64,000 nucleotides of DNA from Eledone cirrhosa (GCA_964016885.1 OZ024742.1:190836001-190900000); one strand, 5' to 3'. Counted from the first letter of the stretch, positions 37,989 to 53,308 are shown. Translations and numbers: made by a program. The notes: generated by a model not told the origin, from the letters alone.

Positions 37989-39573
37989 CATTACGCTAAT
38001 ATAATAATGACAGAGAAAGAATCGAATAATGCAGAGACTCAATAATAAAAAAAAAAAAGTTGATCGTGCCGGTGGTGTTGGAGGGTGTGGTTGTGTAGGT
38101 TGTGGTGGTGGTTGGGAACCATAAATGGGAGAGTAAGGTAGAAGAGGTGAGATTTATTGGTTGACAGTAAAGGATTTTGAATGATGGAGGTAGTTGTTCA
38201 TTAAACGGTCGATTAAGCAGAGGTTGCAAAATATGAGATAGAGAGAGTGGCGTGTGATCTTATTTGATGAGTAGTAGGGGAAGGAGAAATATGATAGACT
38301 TATTATGATAGGAGAAATGAGTTGTGGAGGAAAGGAGTTTTATAGCGTAGGTGGAGACATTGAATTTTTTGAAGAAAGGAAGGGACGAAGGAAGGACAAT
38401 TTAAATGTAAGAGATAGTCACTATGGACAAGAAATTTTTTTTTTCAGTAAAATGAAGAAAAATATGACAATGATATGAAAATAAAACATATGACCTAAAT
38501 TATACATGAAGGAGGTCTATCGAAAATATATCTGACGATAGCGTAGAAGAAATGATGAACATGGTGGGGTTGAATTGCTAATGTAATTTGAAGTAAAACT
38601 GATTCCTCGACACATTTAGCCTGGTGATCTTTTCATTGTTTGTAGTACCTTCTGGGATGGCTCTTACCTTCAGCGTCGTGGTACACATGATGGTTATCGG
38701 CTTTCAAACTGGCAGATATTTAATAACATATTCAATACTGAGAACAAACAAAAGTGAGAAGAGACCAGGTCTGGGGATTAAGGACCAGGTGTAGTAGTGA
38801 AATACACTCATTTGCCAAAAGGAAAAAATATAAATAAATAAAAATAAAAAGAACCATGGAGCAGTTGCAAGAAACAAGCAAGGATCTAGTCATCAAATGA
38901 TGAAACACAACGCTTCAGTAGTCGACGAAATTGCTCATGCTTTTGGGAGGAAATCGTGACATTTATACTTCCACTGTGATGACTGAAACTTTGCTTTCCG
39001 GATCGTACATGTACACCTACGTCTCATCATCATGGATCAATAACTCGGGATTATATTCGGTAGTATATAGCAGAATGAAAATATGAGTAATTAGTAGAAA
39101 AGCTCAAATGTTTGCAGCCTTACAGCAACTGACCCATCAAGTATGCTCACCAAATATCAGGCATGTGCAAAAATATATGTGGCTCCTTTCCGATCACATT
39201 TACCTCATTATCGTCATTACTTCTCACGGATCATAATAATATCGGGCACTTCATGGGTCTGGTTTTGTCGGGGAGAGGGGGCCTGGAATGTTCCGTAAAT
39301 CCGAGAGAGCGTTACCGTCTGGAGATTTGCTTCTGTTAGGGCCACCCTAGGCGGCCCATTCTCGGTTAGCCAGGATTCCGAGGAGGTTCCAGACAAACAA
39401 TGACACGCGGCGTGTCGACTCGCCGCCAAGATGGCAACCGCGTCATCTGACTATACTGCGGAGGGCCAACAACCAGCGCTGATAAACACGATTTTGTTAC
39501 GAAACCGACCAGAAGAAACCAGACTGCCCAACATTAGAACGGATTCCTGCATACAACCCCCCGCAACGATAAA

Positions 39574-39922
39574 TTGATTCGCGTTACTACATGGAATCTC
39601 ATGTTGATCCTTCAACCCGGAGCAGCCATCCTGCTGTCTCAAGAGCTATCACACTACAATATCACATTGTCGAGATTCGGCGTTACTACTTGGTCTCACA
39701 GCGGTAAATTTATCGCGGGAGACCACTGCCTCATCCGGAGTTGCCCTGATGATAGGAAGGGCCAATCACGTCCACACGTCACTCATCAGCTGGACCCGGT
39801 GAGCGACCGTTTGCTGTCCGCTCGCTTTCTCCACCGGCACGGGAAGATGACTATCATCGTTGTCTATGCTCCTACAGATGTCACAGAGGACACTGTCAAG
39901 GACGAATTCTGCTTCTTCGCCA

Positions 39923-39930
<8 letters not shown>
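39574..39930 (+). pseudogene. RTE-clade LINE APE endonuclease fragment
   Basis: RVTTWNL...LLSQELSHYNI...W..SG...PVSDRLLSARF..RHGKMTIIVVYAPT...KDEF. Confidence 0.8.
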
Positions 39931-39973
<43 letters not shown>

Positions 39974-40159
39974 AGGGAGTGTAACGGGAAGTTACTGTAG
40001 ATTCTCCCAGGTGAGCACGCGAGGTTTATGTTCATGTCAGTGGCGAGGTGTAGAGCTAGACAGAGTGTAAGATATATATATATATATATACACATTTACA
40101 CACACACACGTGTGTGTGCGTGTGAGTAAGTGAGTGTGTATGTATGTGCGTATGTATAT

Positions 40160-40212
<53 letters not shown>

Positions 40213-40771
40213 CGCACATACATACACACTCACTCACACGCACACACACATATATATGAAATATGTTATATAAAAATAATAGACATAAAATATATAACAT
40301 AATGAATTAGTAATTTAAAAGAAGTTAAACATACCATATAAAACAACATATAGTATAACATATATACATTAAAATGTTATAAAAATTATCATGTGTAAAA
40401 TGTAAATTAAAATATGAAATAACAAATGAAAAGTTGCCGAAATGGTGCTAAAAATTTATTAGCTGTATCTTTATGATCAACCCCATTATTTTATTAATAA
40501 CATAAATATTTAACGTAGCATGTTATTCTTATCTATTACAACAAAAACGTCGACGGTTGTGATAACAGCAAACACAATAATAATAGTAATAATTATAATA
40601 ATAACGACAACAATGACATCAACAAAAACAGAAAACAGAAAACTAAATATAAAAAGACACAATATTTCGATTAAGAAAATAACAAATTAATTTTTTCACT
40701 TCAATATTGGTCCCAAATGTAATTAGTTATATAATCGCTCTCCAGTGTGTAGTTTTATTATCATTATTATT

Positions 40772-41364
40772 TGGGTGTATCGGTGGGGGGTCGGACGTCA
40801 TGCTTTGACGCATAGAGTAACGGCCCTTGCCATTCTGAGTTCAAATCCCGCCGAGGTTAACTTTGCCTTTCATCCTTAAGGGGTCGATAAAATAAAGTAC
40901 CAGTCACGCACTGGGGTAGATTTAATCACCCCCCCCAATTACAGGCCTTGTGCCTATATAAGAAACCATTATTATTGGGGGTGTATCGGGGGGCCGGGAC
41001 GCCATGCTTTGAGGCATAGAGTTACGGCCCTTGCCATTCTAAGTTCAAATCCCGCCGAGGTTAATTTTGCCTTTCATCATTACGAGGTCGATAAAATAAA
41101 GTACCAGTAATACACTGGGATATTGCTGGCCTTGTACCAAAAGTAGAAACAATTATTATTGGCAGAATCGATACCGCGTCAGACACCATGCTTCGCGGCA
41201 TAGAGTTACGTCCAGTTACGTTCTGCGTTCAAATCCCGCCAAGGTTAGCTTTGCCTTTCATCTTTTCGGGGTCGATAAAGTAAAGTACCAGTAACGTACT
41301 GGTGTCGATTTAATCACCCCCTCCCCCAACAAAAAAATTGTTAGCCATCTGCCTAAATCAACAA

Positions 41365-41402
<38 letters not shown>
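40772..41402 (+). mobile_element. Three tandem SINE family A copies ending in (ATT)n
   Basis: Three B-box/body repeats separated by attatt tails. Confidence 0.9.
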
Positions 41403-41617
41403 GGTTGGTGAAGCCACGCTTCTTATCGCCTCCAGTCTTTTTCAACGTTTTACCTCTTTTTCAACCGTTCTAAACCTTTTATTCAAGTTTTAAATTTGAT
41501 AAAAGTTTAGAAGAAGTGACCCACCTAATACAGGGGTTCACTAGTAAATAATACGGCACCCCTTTACGAGGTGTCGTATTCGTATTTGTGTAAAAATATT
41601 TTTTGAAAAATTTCAAC

Positions 41618-43602
41618 ATGGATAACACAAAAAAGAGAGAGAGCGCTGTCAGACAACACACAGAGAGAGAAGACAGCGTTCCAGCGGAGGTAGATATAAA
41701 CGAAAATATTACAAAGGAAAAAAAGATTGTTACAGATTTAAAATTAACAAATATTTCTAACACAAACAACTACAACAATAACACCAACATCACCAACAAC
41801 AACATCAAAAATAACAGCGGTAAAGTCGAGAACGACAATAACAAAAATAACAGAGGTAAGGTCGAGAACGACAATAACAATGACAATAACAACAGCCACA
41901 ACAACAATAATAGTAGGAACAGTATCAACAAAAACAACAATAATAACAACAGTCACAATAACAGTAACAGCAGCAACAGTATCAACGAAAACAACACCAA
42001 CAACTGTACCAGCGAAAACAACAACAATGACACCGATACCTGTAATAGCGACCTCAGCACCACTAGTAAGACCAGTAGCGGCAGCAATAGTGGTGCTGCT
42101 GAAAAAGGGACCACTTCTTTTGCAGGTGTCGCCCGAAATATCGAGACAGTGTTAATCACAGAGGAGGAGATGGCAGTCGCAAGGGCCATGGTGACAAGAA
42201 GCGCAAATAGAGTTTCCCTGAAACCTCCACCCGATTTTGTGAAGGACCAGCAGCTACGAACGGTGACTTACCGCACCGTAAGCAAAATCTCACATCGAGT
42301 GGAGAGAGCCACGGAGGCTCAAATCCAAAAGGCCTTGGGGTGCGTCTGGGCACGCAAAACCCACATCACCCGAGGCAGAAAGTACGCCACAGTAGACGTA
42401 CTTTTCGCCACCCCCCAGGAAGCAAAGTCTCATTCTTTGGAAACCCTAAAGAGTGAGGAGTTAGTCTAGGTGCCCTCCTACTGCGGGCAGAAAATTGTGA
42501 GGGTTAAAGTGACCCAGGCCCCACCCCACGTGCCCATACCTTGGCTGGCTGCGTCTGTCCTTGCTGGAATTGAGAACAGAGCGACCATGCTGCAAGTAGA
42601 AAAAATAGGGAGAGAGAACTGGTCAGGTATAGGCATACAAATGCTTATACAAACTGACAAGGTATGTATCGAGGCTATCCCCGATATCATAGACTTTGAG
42701 GAAGGACTCCAACTCCCTATAAGTGTAGAAGGAAGACGGCCAAAATGTTATCTCTGTGGGTCGAAAGGTCACCTCAGGGCCTTTTGCCCGCAGAAGACAC
42801 CGAAGAGGGCCCCTCTCCTTCCAATACCTGGTCCGCTGCTACCAAGAGCAGGACAGGCAACAAACGAAGAAGCCCCTTCCACGGTGAGTAGGAGGGCAAC
42901 GTCCGTAGCACCCGTACCAAGGCCACAGATAACTAAAGCAGCATCATCAGTAGCGGCAACACCAATAGCTACATTTGAAATAGCTACACCAGCAACAACA
43001 TTGCCGAAGAGGGCTGCACTACCACCACCAACAGCCGTGGAGCACATACCCCTCTCAGACGCCACATAATCCGACATGGAGTTTGAGGCGGGAGTGACGT
43101 GGCAAACAGTCTGCCACAAAAAAAGAAAAAAGAAAAAAACCCTTAGATTCATCCTCCAAAAGCGAAGGCATACAAAGAGGTGTAAAGGCAGCAAGGAAAC
43201 TTACAGCAACACCACCACAAACACCAACAAAGCAAACACAACAAGACACACACATCAAACAGCAACAAGAAGAAAACGGCAACAAAATCACCCCTCCCCC
43301 CCAAAAGTACACAGCCATAAACATAGGAAAAAAAGAACTCATAAAATATATAAGCAGCACACAGACATCACGGAAAAAAATACTACACCCCACCAACACC
43401 AAGAACTCTCCCGACAAACATAAGCATAATCGAAATCTCATTAGAACAATACAAACCTTTAAAACAAAAATTCCCCAACGCAGTTGGAGACTTCAGAGGG
43501 GAGGTTACCAAGAGGATATACACTGACATCCTCTTGGAAACACCCATGACCAGCGAAAGGGACGGTTCTACTGTCCCTTCACCACACGAACAAGGTAAGT
43601 GA
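41618..43602 (+). pseudogene. LINE ORF1 (gag-like, CCHC zinc knuckle), interrupted
   Basis: caacATGg start; Asn-rich N-terminus; VEGRRPKCYLCGSKGHLRAFC; in-frame stops at 42467 and 43067 and a frameshift. Confidence 0.8.
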
Positions 43603-43634
43603 GCCTTTCTCATTTGCCCCGTTTCTCAACCAAC

Positions 43635-46600
43635 ATGGCTGTACTCAGAATAGGCAGTATAAATGCACGTGGCCTGGGGTCATCTTGGAAGCAGGGTCAC
43701 CTGCTCAATGACCTCAGGTCACTAAACATAGATGTAGTGGCCATCAGTGAAACCAGAATCTCCGAGGCACGGGCCCTCGCACCGATCTTCGGCGGCTGCG
43801 ATGTATACGCATCTCCCAGCCGTCCAGAATCGGGGAGAGGGGTTGCCGTCCTTTTTCGGAGAGGCTTGGATCTTGCGATACGGGCCATCTTCCTGGACCT
43901 AGAAGGTAAGTTGGTGGTGCTGGACATGACCGGCAGTGAAGGCAATGCTTTCAGGCTAGTAGCCGTCTACGCCCCAACAGGGGCAGGACGGCCAGATTTC
44001 TTCAGACGTCTAGAGACCTTTCTTGGAACGACCCGCTCTTTAGTGTTAGTGGGCGACTGGAACGGTATCTTGGATGCACGCTGGGATCGTGTGGGGCTAG
44101 TGGATAGGGGAGGAGGGTGCAAGAGCCTCACCAACCTGCTCAGACGTTTTGAACTGTCTGGATCACCCGAATGTGCCAATGTGGACATGGACAAACCGCA
44201 TCGGGTCATCCAGATCGTATCTAGATAGGGTATTCTGCAGGGAACTAGATAAGGCTAGTATAAGTTGTCCACAATTTAAAATAGTCGACTACACAGACCA
44301 CAAATTTGTGATCTGTGAGATCGACATAGACAGACTTCATAGACAAGGGCCTGGTTAATGGAAGCTGAACGCATTTTCCTGGCGCGCAAGGCCTACAGAG
44401 ACCGGATTATCGTATTAGTTAAGCGGGCGTTGACGGCAGCGGTCGTCAACAACAGGTGGTGGTTCGCCCTGAAAATGGCAATTAAAATAGAATCGATTAG
44501 GTTTAGCAAAGGAGTAGTGATAGAGGAAAATAGAGTAGAAGGAGAGCTAGTCAGAAAGCTAGAAGAGGCGTTTAGGACAGGCATCGCAACCGGCGAGATT
44601 GGCACTGGACCAATTCTTCAACGCAAAACACGAAGGCTGCGTTGTCAGAGCTAGAGCGCGTGCTCTGAAACACGAGGGGACAAAAGCCGTCCAATGGGCC
44701 CGGGTGGCAGAGGCGCGACGTGGCAATAAAGCCACAATTCGGTCTTTGTCTGACCAAAACGGGTGCGTGATGCTCGAACCCGAGCGGATGTGTGAAGCTT
44801 TTCAGCAGCACTTTGCTTAACTGTTCGGGAGCGGCGGCGGCCCGGATCGGGGCATGGACTTCAGTGCATACCTCGACGGACTGCCTCGGCTCTCGTCGAC
44901 CGCAGCACAGTGTTGCGAAAAGCCAATTAGAGCCGGTGAGATACGGGAAGCGATGGCTAACTGCACAAGAGGGAAATCGCCAGGTTTAGATGGTCTGCCC
45001 TACGAGCTTTATGCATTTATGCCAGATTTGTTCGGTGACCTCTTGGCAGACGTCTACTGCAACTGGCAGCAGAACGGGAGCATTCCCAGTTTTGTGAGCC
45101 GGGGAGCAGTGGCGCTGCTGAGAAAAGACCCGAACAAGGGGGATGTTATTGATAATTTCAGGCCCATAACTCTGCTAAACGCAGAGTTCAAGATTTTGGC
45201 CAAGGTGTTAGCAACGAAGTTGGCGCTTGTCGTCATGGGTCTGGTGGCAGAGGCGCAGACATGTGCCATCCCGGACAGATCCATACACGACAACCTCTAC
45301 CTCATGCGATACATCATAGAGAGGGTGGTTAAGGAACCTGGCAAGGGTGGGGCCCTGATCAACTTGGACCAATCCAAAGCATTCGATAGGGTCGACCATC
45401 GGTACCTGGCGGCGGTCCTCGAGGCAGCTGGTTTCGAGCTGGTTTCAGGCGTTGGATCGCAGCAATGTACAGCGACATCTGCTCAGTTGTGAGGGTGAAC
45501 GGTAACCTGTCGCAGCCGTTCAGCATCATGCGCTCAGTCCGCCAGGGTTGTCCCCTCTCGTCCCTCTTGTACGTATTCGCTCTCGAGCCGTTACTGCACA
45601 AACTGGGGGCGATGAGGGGCGTCCCACGCGAACTAGGATGCGGAAAATCCGAGTCGGCTTACGCTGACGACGTCGCCGTGGTGGTGTCGAGCACCAGTCA
45701 CGTCCAGATGCTCGGTACCGCTCTCAGGAATACGAAACGGTGACAGGAGCAAAGATAAACCAGGAAAAGTCGGTGGGCTTGCAGCTAGGCACCTGCATGT
45801 CCACATGGAGAAAAACTGGAACGAGGTCACGAGCAGGGTGGTCTCCCTCACCCAGAAATTGGCTGAGAGGAAGCTGTCCCTGAAAGGCTGGGCGGAAGAG
45901 GCGAATGCGTACATCGCATCCGTCATCTGCTACCGCCTCACCGTCGTCCCTTGCTCCAGCCCAACTCTCACCAAAATGGAGCGCCTCCACTTCCGCTTTT
46001 TGTGGAAGGGACGCGCTCCCATGGTCAGACGATCCATCTGCTGTCAACACCCGTTGCGTGGAGGACTGGGCATGCCATGGCTGATGATGCGCAAACATGC
46101 GCTGAGGCTGCGACATCTCTGGTGCTTCCTTGATGGTGAATGGGTGTGGTCGCCGTTCGCCAGGCACATTTTTTTCCCCACAGCTCGTCTCCTTGACGGA
46201 GCTACAGTCCTGGGTTAGAAAAAGACCGAGGGATAGCGCTTGGAAACTGGAATGTCTCCAGGCGCTCACTGCCCTTTCCCAGTTGAGCACCAGTATCGGT
46301 GGAACATCCACCTCGGCGTTCTATAGAGGACTAGTGGAGAGGAAGAGCAACGACGTTCTCGGAGAGAATCTGGGCGTCGAAGAAGATCAGCTGCTTGCTC
46401 TCTTCCGGAGAACTTTCAGCCCGGGGCCTATGGATAACTTCCAAAAATCTCTGGCCTGGCAGTGCTACCGGGGAGCGCTGCCGGTTCGAGATAAGCTCTA
46501 CAGGCACGGAAGTGCCATCAGCCGAGCCTGTCCGAGATGCGCGCATAGCGACGAAACCGTTGTGCACGCACTCGTTCAGTGCCCGAGCATTGCTGACTTG

Positions 46601-46933
46601 TGGAGCTATGTCGAACAGTTGCTGTCACGTGTGGGACTGATCCGGTTGTCGACTGAGTCCATTGTGCAGATGGTCTCGCCGTCTTCCTTTGAGGGGGAAG
46701 GGCAGGCGGTTTTCATCTGCCTGGTGGGCATGGCGAAAGAGATTGTGTGGTGGACATGTTTAAAAGGATTAAAGACAAACACTTTCCTCTTCGGCGAATC
46801 CCTGATTAACTTTTTCAAGTTTCACTTGAAGAGGAAAATCAGGGTGGAGAGGCAAGTGCTGCTTTCTAGCAAGTTTGTTGAAAGGTGGGTGAATGTAGCG
46901 AGAATGGTCCGAGTATATACGTCTGTAGTTTGA
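43635..46933 (+). pseudogene. LINE ORF2: APE endonuclease, RT and C-terminal zinc finger; frameshifted
   Basis: SINARGL, AISETR, VYAP, GDWN, LDRV, TDHK; KSPGLDGLPYELY, FRPITLLNAEFKILAK, LDQSKAFDRVDH, VRQGCPLS, AYADD; CPRCAHSDETVVHALVQC. Confidence 0.92.
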
Positions 46934-47231
46934 GAGGTGGAAAAATTGAGAGAGGGCGCTTGCCCTGGTAGTCAGTGTGGCCGTAGTCTTTTGTGTGGTT
47001 TTCGCCACGAGTAACCCTCGGAGGTTTCCCCCCTATTAGGGAATTTTTCATTGTTTCAATTTTCATTTTATTGTTTATATATATATACGTTTTATGTCTT
47101 TTTTCTTTTCTTATATAAATAATAAAAATATTTACACGCACAAAACCCACATCGTACCGTCCTGTTCCGTCTGTGATGTTTTTCTTGATGTCAGCCCCTG
47201 TGGCCAATAAAGAAATCATTATTATTATTAT

Positions 47232-47645
47232 TGGCAGTATCGGTAGAGTATCGGACGCCATGCTTTTCAGCATAGTTACGTCCCTTTACGGTCTGAGTTC
47301 AAATCCCGCCGAGGTTGACTTTGCCTTTCATCCTTACGGGGTCGATAAAATAAAGTACCAGTAATGCACTGGGTAATTGCTGGCCTAGTGCCTAAAGTAG
47401 AAACAATTATTATTATTATTCGGTGGATTGTTAGTATCGGTAAATCGTCGGACACTATGCATGACAGCATAGAGTTACGGCTCTTTACGTTCTGAGTTCA
47501 TATGCCGCCGAGGTTAGACTTTGCCTTTCATCCTTACGGGGTCGATAAAATAAAGTACCAGTCACGCATTGGGGTCCAGTTAATCGACTTTTTCCTCACC
47601 AAAAATTGCTGGCCATGTACCTAAATCAGAAATCATTACTATTAG
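47232..47645 (+). mobile_element. Two tandem SINE family A copies (further decayed copies at ~48020-48600)
   Basis: A/B boxes, conserved body, (ATT)n tails. Confidence 0.9.
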
Positions 47646-50563
47646 ATCTTATTCTATTACTTGTTTCAGTCAGTAGACAGTGACTATGCCAGCGAACGGC
47701 TTTTTGACTTACTTGATCATATCAATTGCAGGATTTTATCGATTTCATCGTTACTGAAACGCTAACTTACGCAACATAAACATAGACGCACACAAATCTA
47801 AACACAGAGACACATACACAATATAGATATATATGTATATGTATGTGTGTGTGTGTGTGTGTGTGTGTGAACAATGGGCATCTGCAATTTCCGTTTACCT
47901 AATTCCACTAACTAGTCATTTGTGTAATCAAGTTTATAGCAAAAGGCACATGCCCAAGCTGACAGTGTCCTTGACATAACTTAACCGGAGGAAAATACCT
48001 GAAGAAGGCAGTAGATCAATGGATTAGCAGAATCGCTAGAGCGTCGGAGAAAATATCTAACGATATTCAGACTTGTCATGTCATATAGTGAGTTCAAATG
48101 GAGCCGATATCAAATTTTATTCTTCCGGGATCAATAATATGAGTATCTATCAAGTACTAGGTTTCATTTAATCGAATCGACTTTCTCTTTTACTGGATTT
48201 GTGCCTAAATTAGAAACCTTTATTGTTGAAGGTGGTTTGGAAGGTGGTTTGGTCTTTCGGTTGGCTGTTTCAAGAGAGCGCCGTACAAAATGCTTTGCTA
48301 CACTTATCCCGGCACTTTATATTCTGAGTTTGAATCCCTTCGAGGTCAAATTTTTCATTCATACTTCCATTAAATACTGTGTTCCATATAATGAATTTTC
48401 CACTTCCCCAATATTGCTGTCCTTGTCTCAATTTTAGAAAAATAGCTCTGGATTAATATAATCATTAGAGTTCCGGACACAATGTTTCGCAGGGAATTGA
48501 TAAGGCATGATATATTCTGAGTTCAAACCCTGCCGATGACGACGTTGCTTCTTCATCAAATATGACAGATAACCAGATAATAATTGATTGCTGAATTTGT
48601 GAGAAATCTTTACATGTCAAGTTATGTAATTAACAACTCAACTATTTACATTTGAGATCCTTAATGCCAATGATTATAAAGTTGACACTTCCAGCCATTT
48701 ATTAGATACACAATATATTCTCTGTTGAGTTAATGTCTCACTCTCTTTATAAACATGATATCGATACCTGGCATTAATTATGAACAATGATTAATGATAT
48801 GAAATTGGACATTTATTATAGTAATATCGTGAATTTAATCACAATTGTTCTATTAGATATATGGATCACGTAATCAATTGAACATTTTAGTCGACAAGCA
48901 CTTATATATAAGCCAATATATATTTCCGGCTTCATTGCAATAGCGGATACAGTGTTGAATACTTAATCACAGAAGATGGTGAGGTGGAAATGCTGAAAGA
49001 ATTAGTTAAATTCTGTGTTAGTTCTTACTGATGGCCATCTCCATCCTAATTGAAATAACTAAAGAAGGGATTCAGCAACGACTGATCTTCCGACAACAAA
49101 AATGAGAAACTGTGTTATCCATGCAGCGTATAAATAAGGATACACATTATAGAATATTTAACTGTTTAAATATAGTACAATATTAAAAGTACGACAGAGT
49201 AAGATGTTAGATACTAGAGTATCGGATGAGATGCTCTACGGTATTTGTTGAAATTCTTTCTGTGTTCGTACCCAACAGTTGCCTACGTAAGTACTAGACT
49301 TGATCTAGATTTAACACCATCACCTATCTCTTCGATGGCTTTAGGGGAATGCACATTTTTGCAAGCATTGGATCAAATCTAAAAAAAAGTAGTTTCCCCA
49401 ATCTTTACAGTGTTACAAAAGGATAGTACTTAATGATTTTCCTCCAACCTCCAATTAACCAGTAAAACATTAATAAATATAATTAAAAACATACTTATTT
49501 AACTCAATTATTGTTACCAGTGATGATTAAGAACACATTGAACATAATGGAAGAACCTCTGAACAGCTAGAAGGCTCGCTAGATTGACCCAGGATTGACA
49601 TTAATTCACCCTGGTTCTATGAGACGAAACTGCTTGTTTAAAGTTGTTTAAACACATTCCATGATATGCTTACATAAGAGAGTTGCTTAAATTATTTTCG
49701 AAATAATAAGAATGTTATTTATATAACTAAATCTCTTTAAAATTTGGATTGTTCAAAAGATTTGAAACTCCAAGATAGAATGTAATCATAAGGATATCAG
49801 TGGATGGGGAGAGGTGAATTAACTGGTCGTATAAGCAGCTGTGGACGAAATCTTTGTGAGCTAAACTGTTTGTAGTGTCGTGGTATGTACATGTAATATA
49901 AAGGGCGCAACATGTCACACAGTATGTGTAACGCTGAAACTCTCTTAGCATTACACGTGCCTTTAGAATTTTCCACTGCTTACAAGGTGATTTAACAAGC
50001 TGGATGTTCCGTTGGTTGAACAACTAACTAAAACATTCATCGTCGAAACCTACAGAGATCCATTCTATACTTTTCTTTCATAAGTCAAATGCTTTTCGTC
50101 GAAATCCACAAGCTGGCTTGCATTTTCAATTCAATTAGGATAGGAAACTTGATCTGGACCCAAAATTCCGCCCCGCTTAGAGAAGCAAACTTGTTAACTA
50201 ATAATATCGCTCTGTCAATTAGTAATAATACGAGACATTTCAAGCTGGAGCGATTCTTTGTTTGAAGCGAAAATCGTGCAACTGCATTAATATGTCGAGA
50301 GAGCTCATTGGCATAGAAGTGTAACGGATTTCCTTCATTGGTTCATAGTTTGAGGGAAGTTTGAATGTGTAAACGAGAAGAAAATTATGTTTAGAACTAA
50401 GACTGATTAAATAAACACAGATAAGATACAAATGGTTAACGTTTGGTGAAAATAAGGGAATAGTCTTACTAATTGTATGATGACCGATACATATTAGGCT
50501 TAAGGCAAAAAATGAGTACGTTTCTTGCGTGCGTATCAGTCCATGTGTACATCTATGCATACA

Positions 50564-51385
<822 letters not shown>

Positions 51386-51441
51386 TATATTTTTTAATTT
51401 TTTAATTGTAATGTAATGCTCAGAATTATTTCTCTTAGAGC

Positions 51442-51483
<42 letters not shown>

Positions 51484-51697
51484 TTGTCCATGTGCCTTTG
51501 TGTATATATCTCTGCTTTTCACTATATAAATGTCTGTATTTTTGTCTGTGTATATCTGTGTGTATATATTAGTATATTTGTGCCTGTGTGTATTTGTATC
51601 TGCATATATGCGCACGGGTGTATACGCGTCTGCTTGTGTGTTTTTTTTTCTTTGTAAGGTGTAACAAGTATATATTATGTATTTATGTATATACATA

Positions 51698-51728
<31 letters not shown>

Positions 51729-51860
51729 TTATATGCGTGTGTGTAAGTATATATAAATATGTGTGTATATGTAGTATATGTGTGTGTGTGTGTATAGGAG
51801 CAGTTTAGGTATGATACATTTTATTACTAATTATATCTAAATGTTTCTTCTCTCTTCATA

Positions 51861-51907
<47 letters not shown>

Positions 51908-52160
51908 TTTATATCCGTGTGTGTGTGAGTGTGTGTGAGTGTGTGTCTGTGTGTGTGTAAACGGATGCAAATATCCACACGTGCTCAAACACATCCATAC
52001 TTGTGATATATGAATATATGAGTTGTTCGTGCGAAAGCAAATGTGTGAATGATTGTGTTTGAGTGCTGGTGCATTTAAAAGTGTGTGTGTATAACTGTGT
52101 GAATGTGTGTGTGTGTGAATTGCCTGTCTATCTGTCTCTCTCTCTCTGTGCATGTATGTT

Positions 52161-52194
<34 letters not shown>

Positions 52195-52588
52195 TGAGTG
52201 CTGGTGCGTGTAAGAGTGTGTGTGTGTGTATGTGTATAACTCTGTGAATGTGTGTTTATGAATTGCCTGTCAGTCTCTCTGTGTGTGTATGCATGTTTGC
52301 CTATGTGTGTGTGTGTGTGCGTGTGTCTGAGTGAGTGCGTGTGCTGGTATATGTAAGAAAGTGTGCGTGTGTGTGTGTGTGCGTGTGTGTGTGCATAACT
52401 GTGTGAATGTGTGTATGTGAATTGCCTGTGTGTGCGTGTGTGTGTGTATGTATGTATGTATGTGTATATGTGTGTATGTACGTGTGTGTGTGTCTGTGTG
52501 TCTGTGTGTGAGTGTGTGTGTGTGCATAACTGTGTGAATTGCCTGGTTGTGCGTGTGTGTATGTGCATGTATGTTTGTGTGTGTGTGT

Positions 52589-52631
<43 letters not shown>

Positions 52632-52746
52632 TGTGTGTGTGTGCCGTTAATTGATTGATTAAATGAAGAATAAGCCTTATATAGAGACCAATTCCCTTCT
52701 GGTCGTCTAGAGAGAACAGGGTTTGAACTATTGACCTAGAGATAAT

Positions 52747-52930
52747 TGTTTCTACTTTTGGCACAAGGCCAGCAATTACCCAGTGCATTACTGGTACTTT
52801 ATTTTATCGACCCCGTAAGGATGAAAGGCAAAGTCAACCTCGGCGGGATTTGAACTCAGATCGTAAAGGGACGTAACTATGCTGGAAAGCATGGCGTCCG
52901 ACCCTCTACCGATACTGCCAATCCACCGCC
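52747..52930 (-). mobile_element. Full-length SINE family A with 19-bp TSD
   Basis: ctattgacctagagataat at 52728-52746 and 52931-52949. Confidence 0.93.
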
Positions 52931-53086
52931 CTATTGACCTAGAGATAATGATCTCTAGAATAGAGGATAGGTGTTTTGCTCCAGCTTACTGCTACAACAC
53001 GATATGGAAGTGCATCAGAAAGTTATGAGCGTCAAACCCACCCAGGGCTGTTTTCGATGTTACTTTATATTGAAGAAGAGAGCCAT

Positions 53087-53089
53087 GGT

Positions 53090-53144
<55 letters not shown>

Positions 53145-53161
53145 AAGTAGTAGTAGTAGTG

Positions 53162-53197
<36 letters not shown>

Positions 53198-53248
53198 GTA
53201 TAAGTAGTAGTAGTAATAGTAGTGGTAGTATAAGTAGTAGTAGTAGTG

Positions 53249-53308
<60 letters not shown>

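Larger units (their letters stand above)
41403..47231 (+). mobile_element. Near full-length Tx1/L1-clade LINE, inactivated
   Basis: 5' UTR, ORF1, ORF2 and T-rich 3' UTR; ends aataaagaaatc(att)n; (ATT)n on both sides. Confidence 0.92.

Noticed and set aside
37996-38300. LINE RT remnant (LQPLLNRPFNEQLPPSFKILYCQPI)
   Set aside because: Similarity is too weak to support without an alignment
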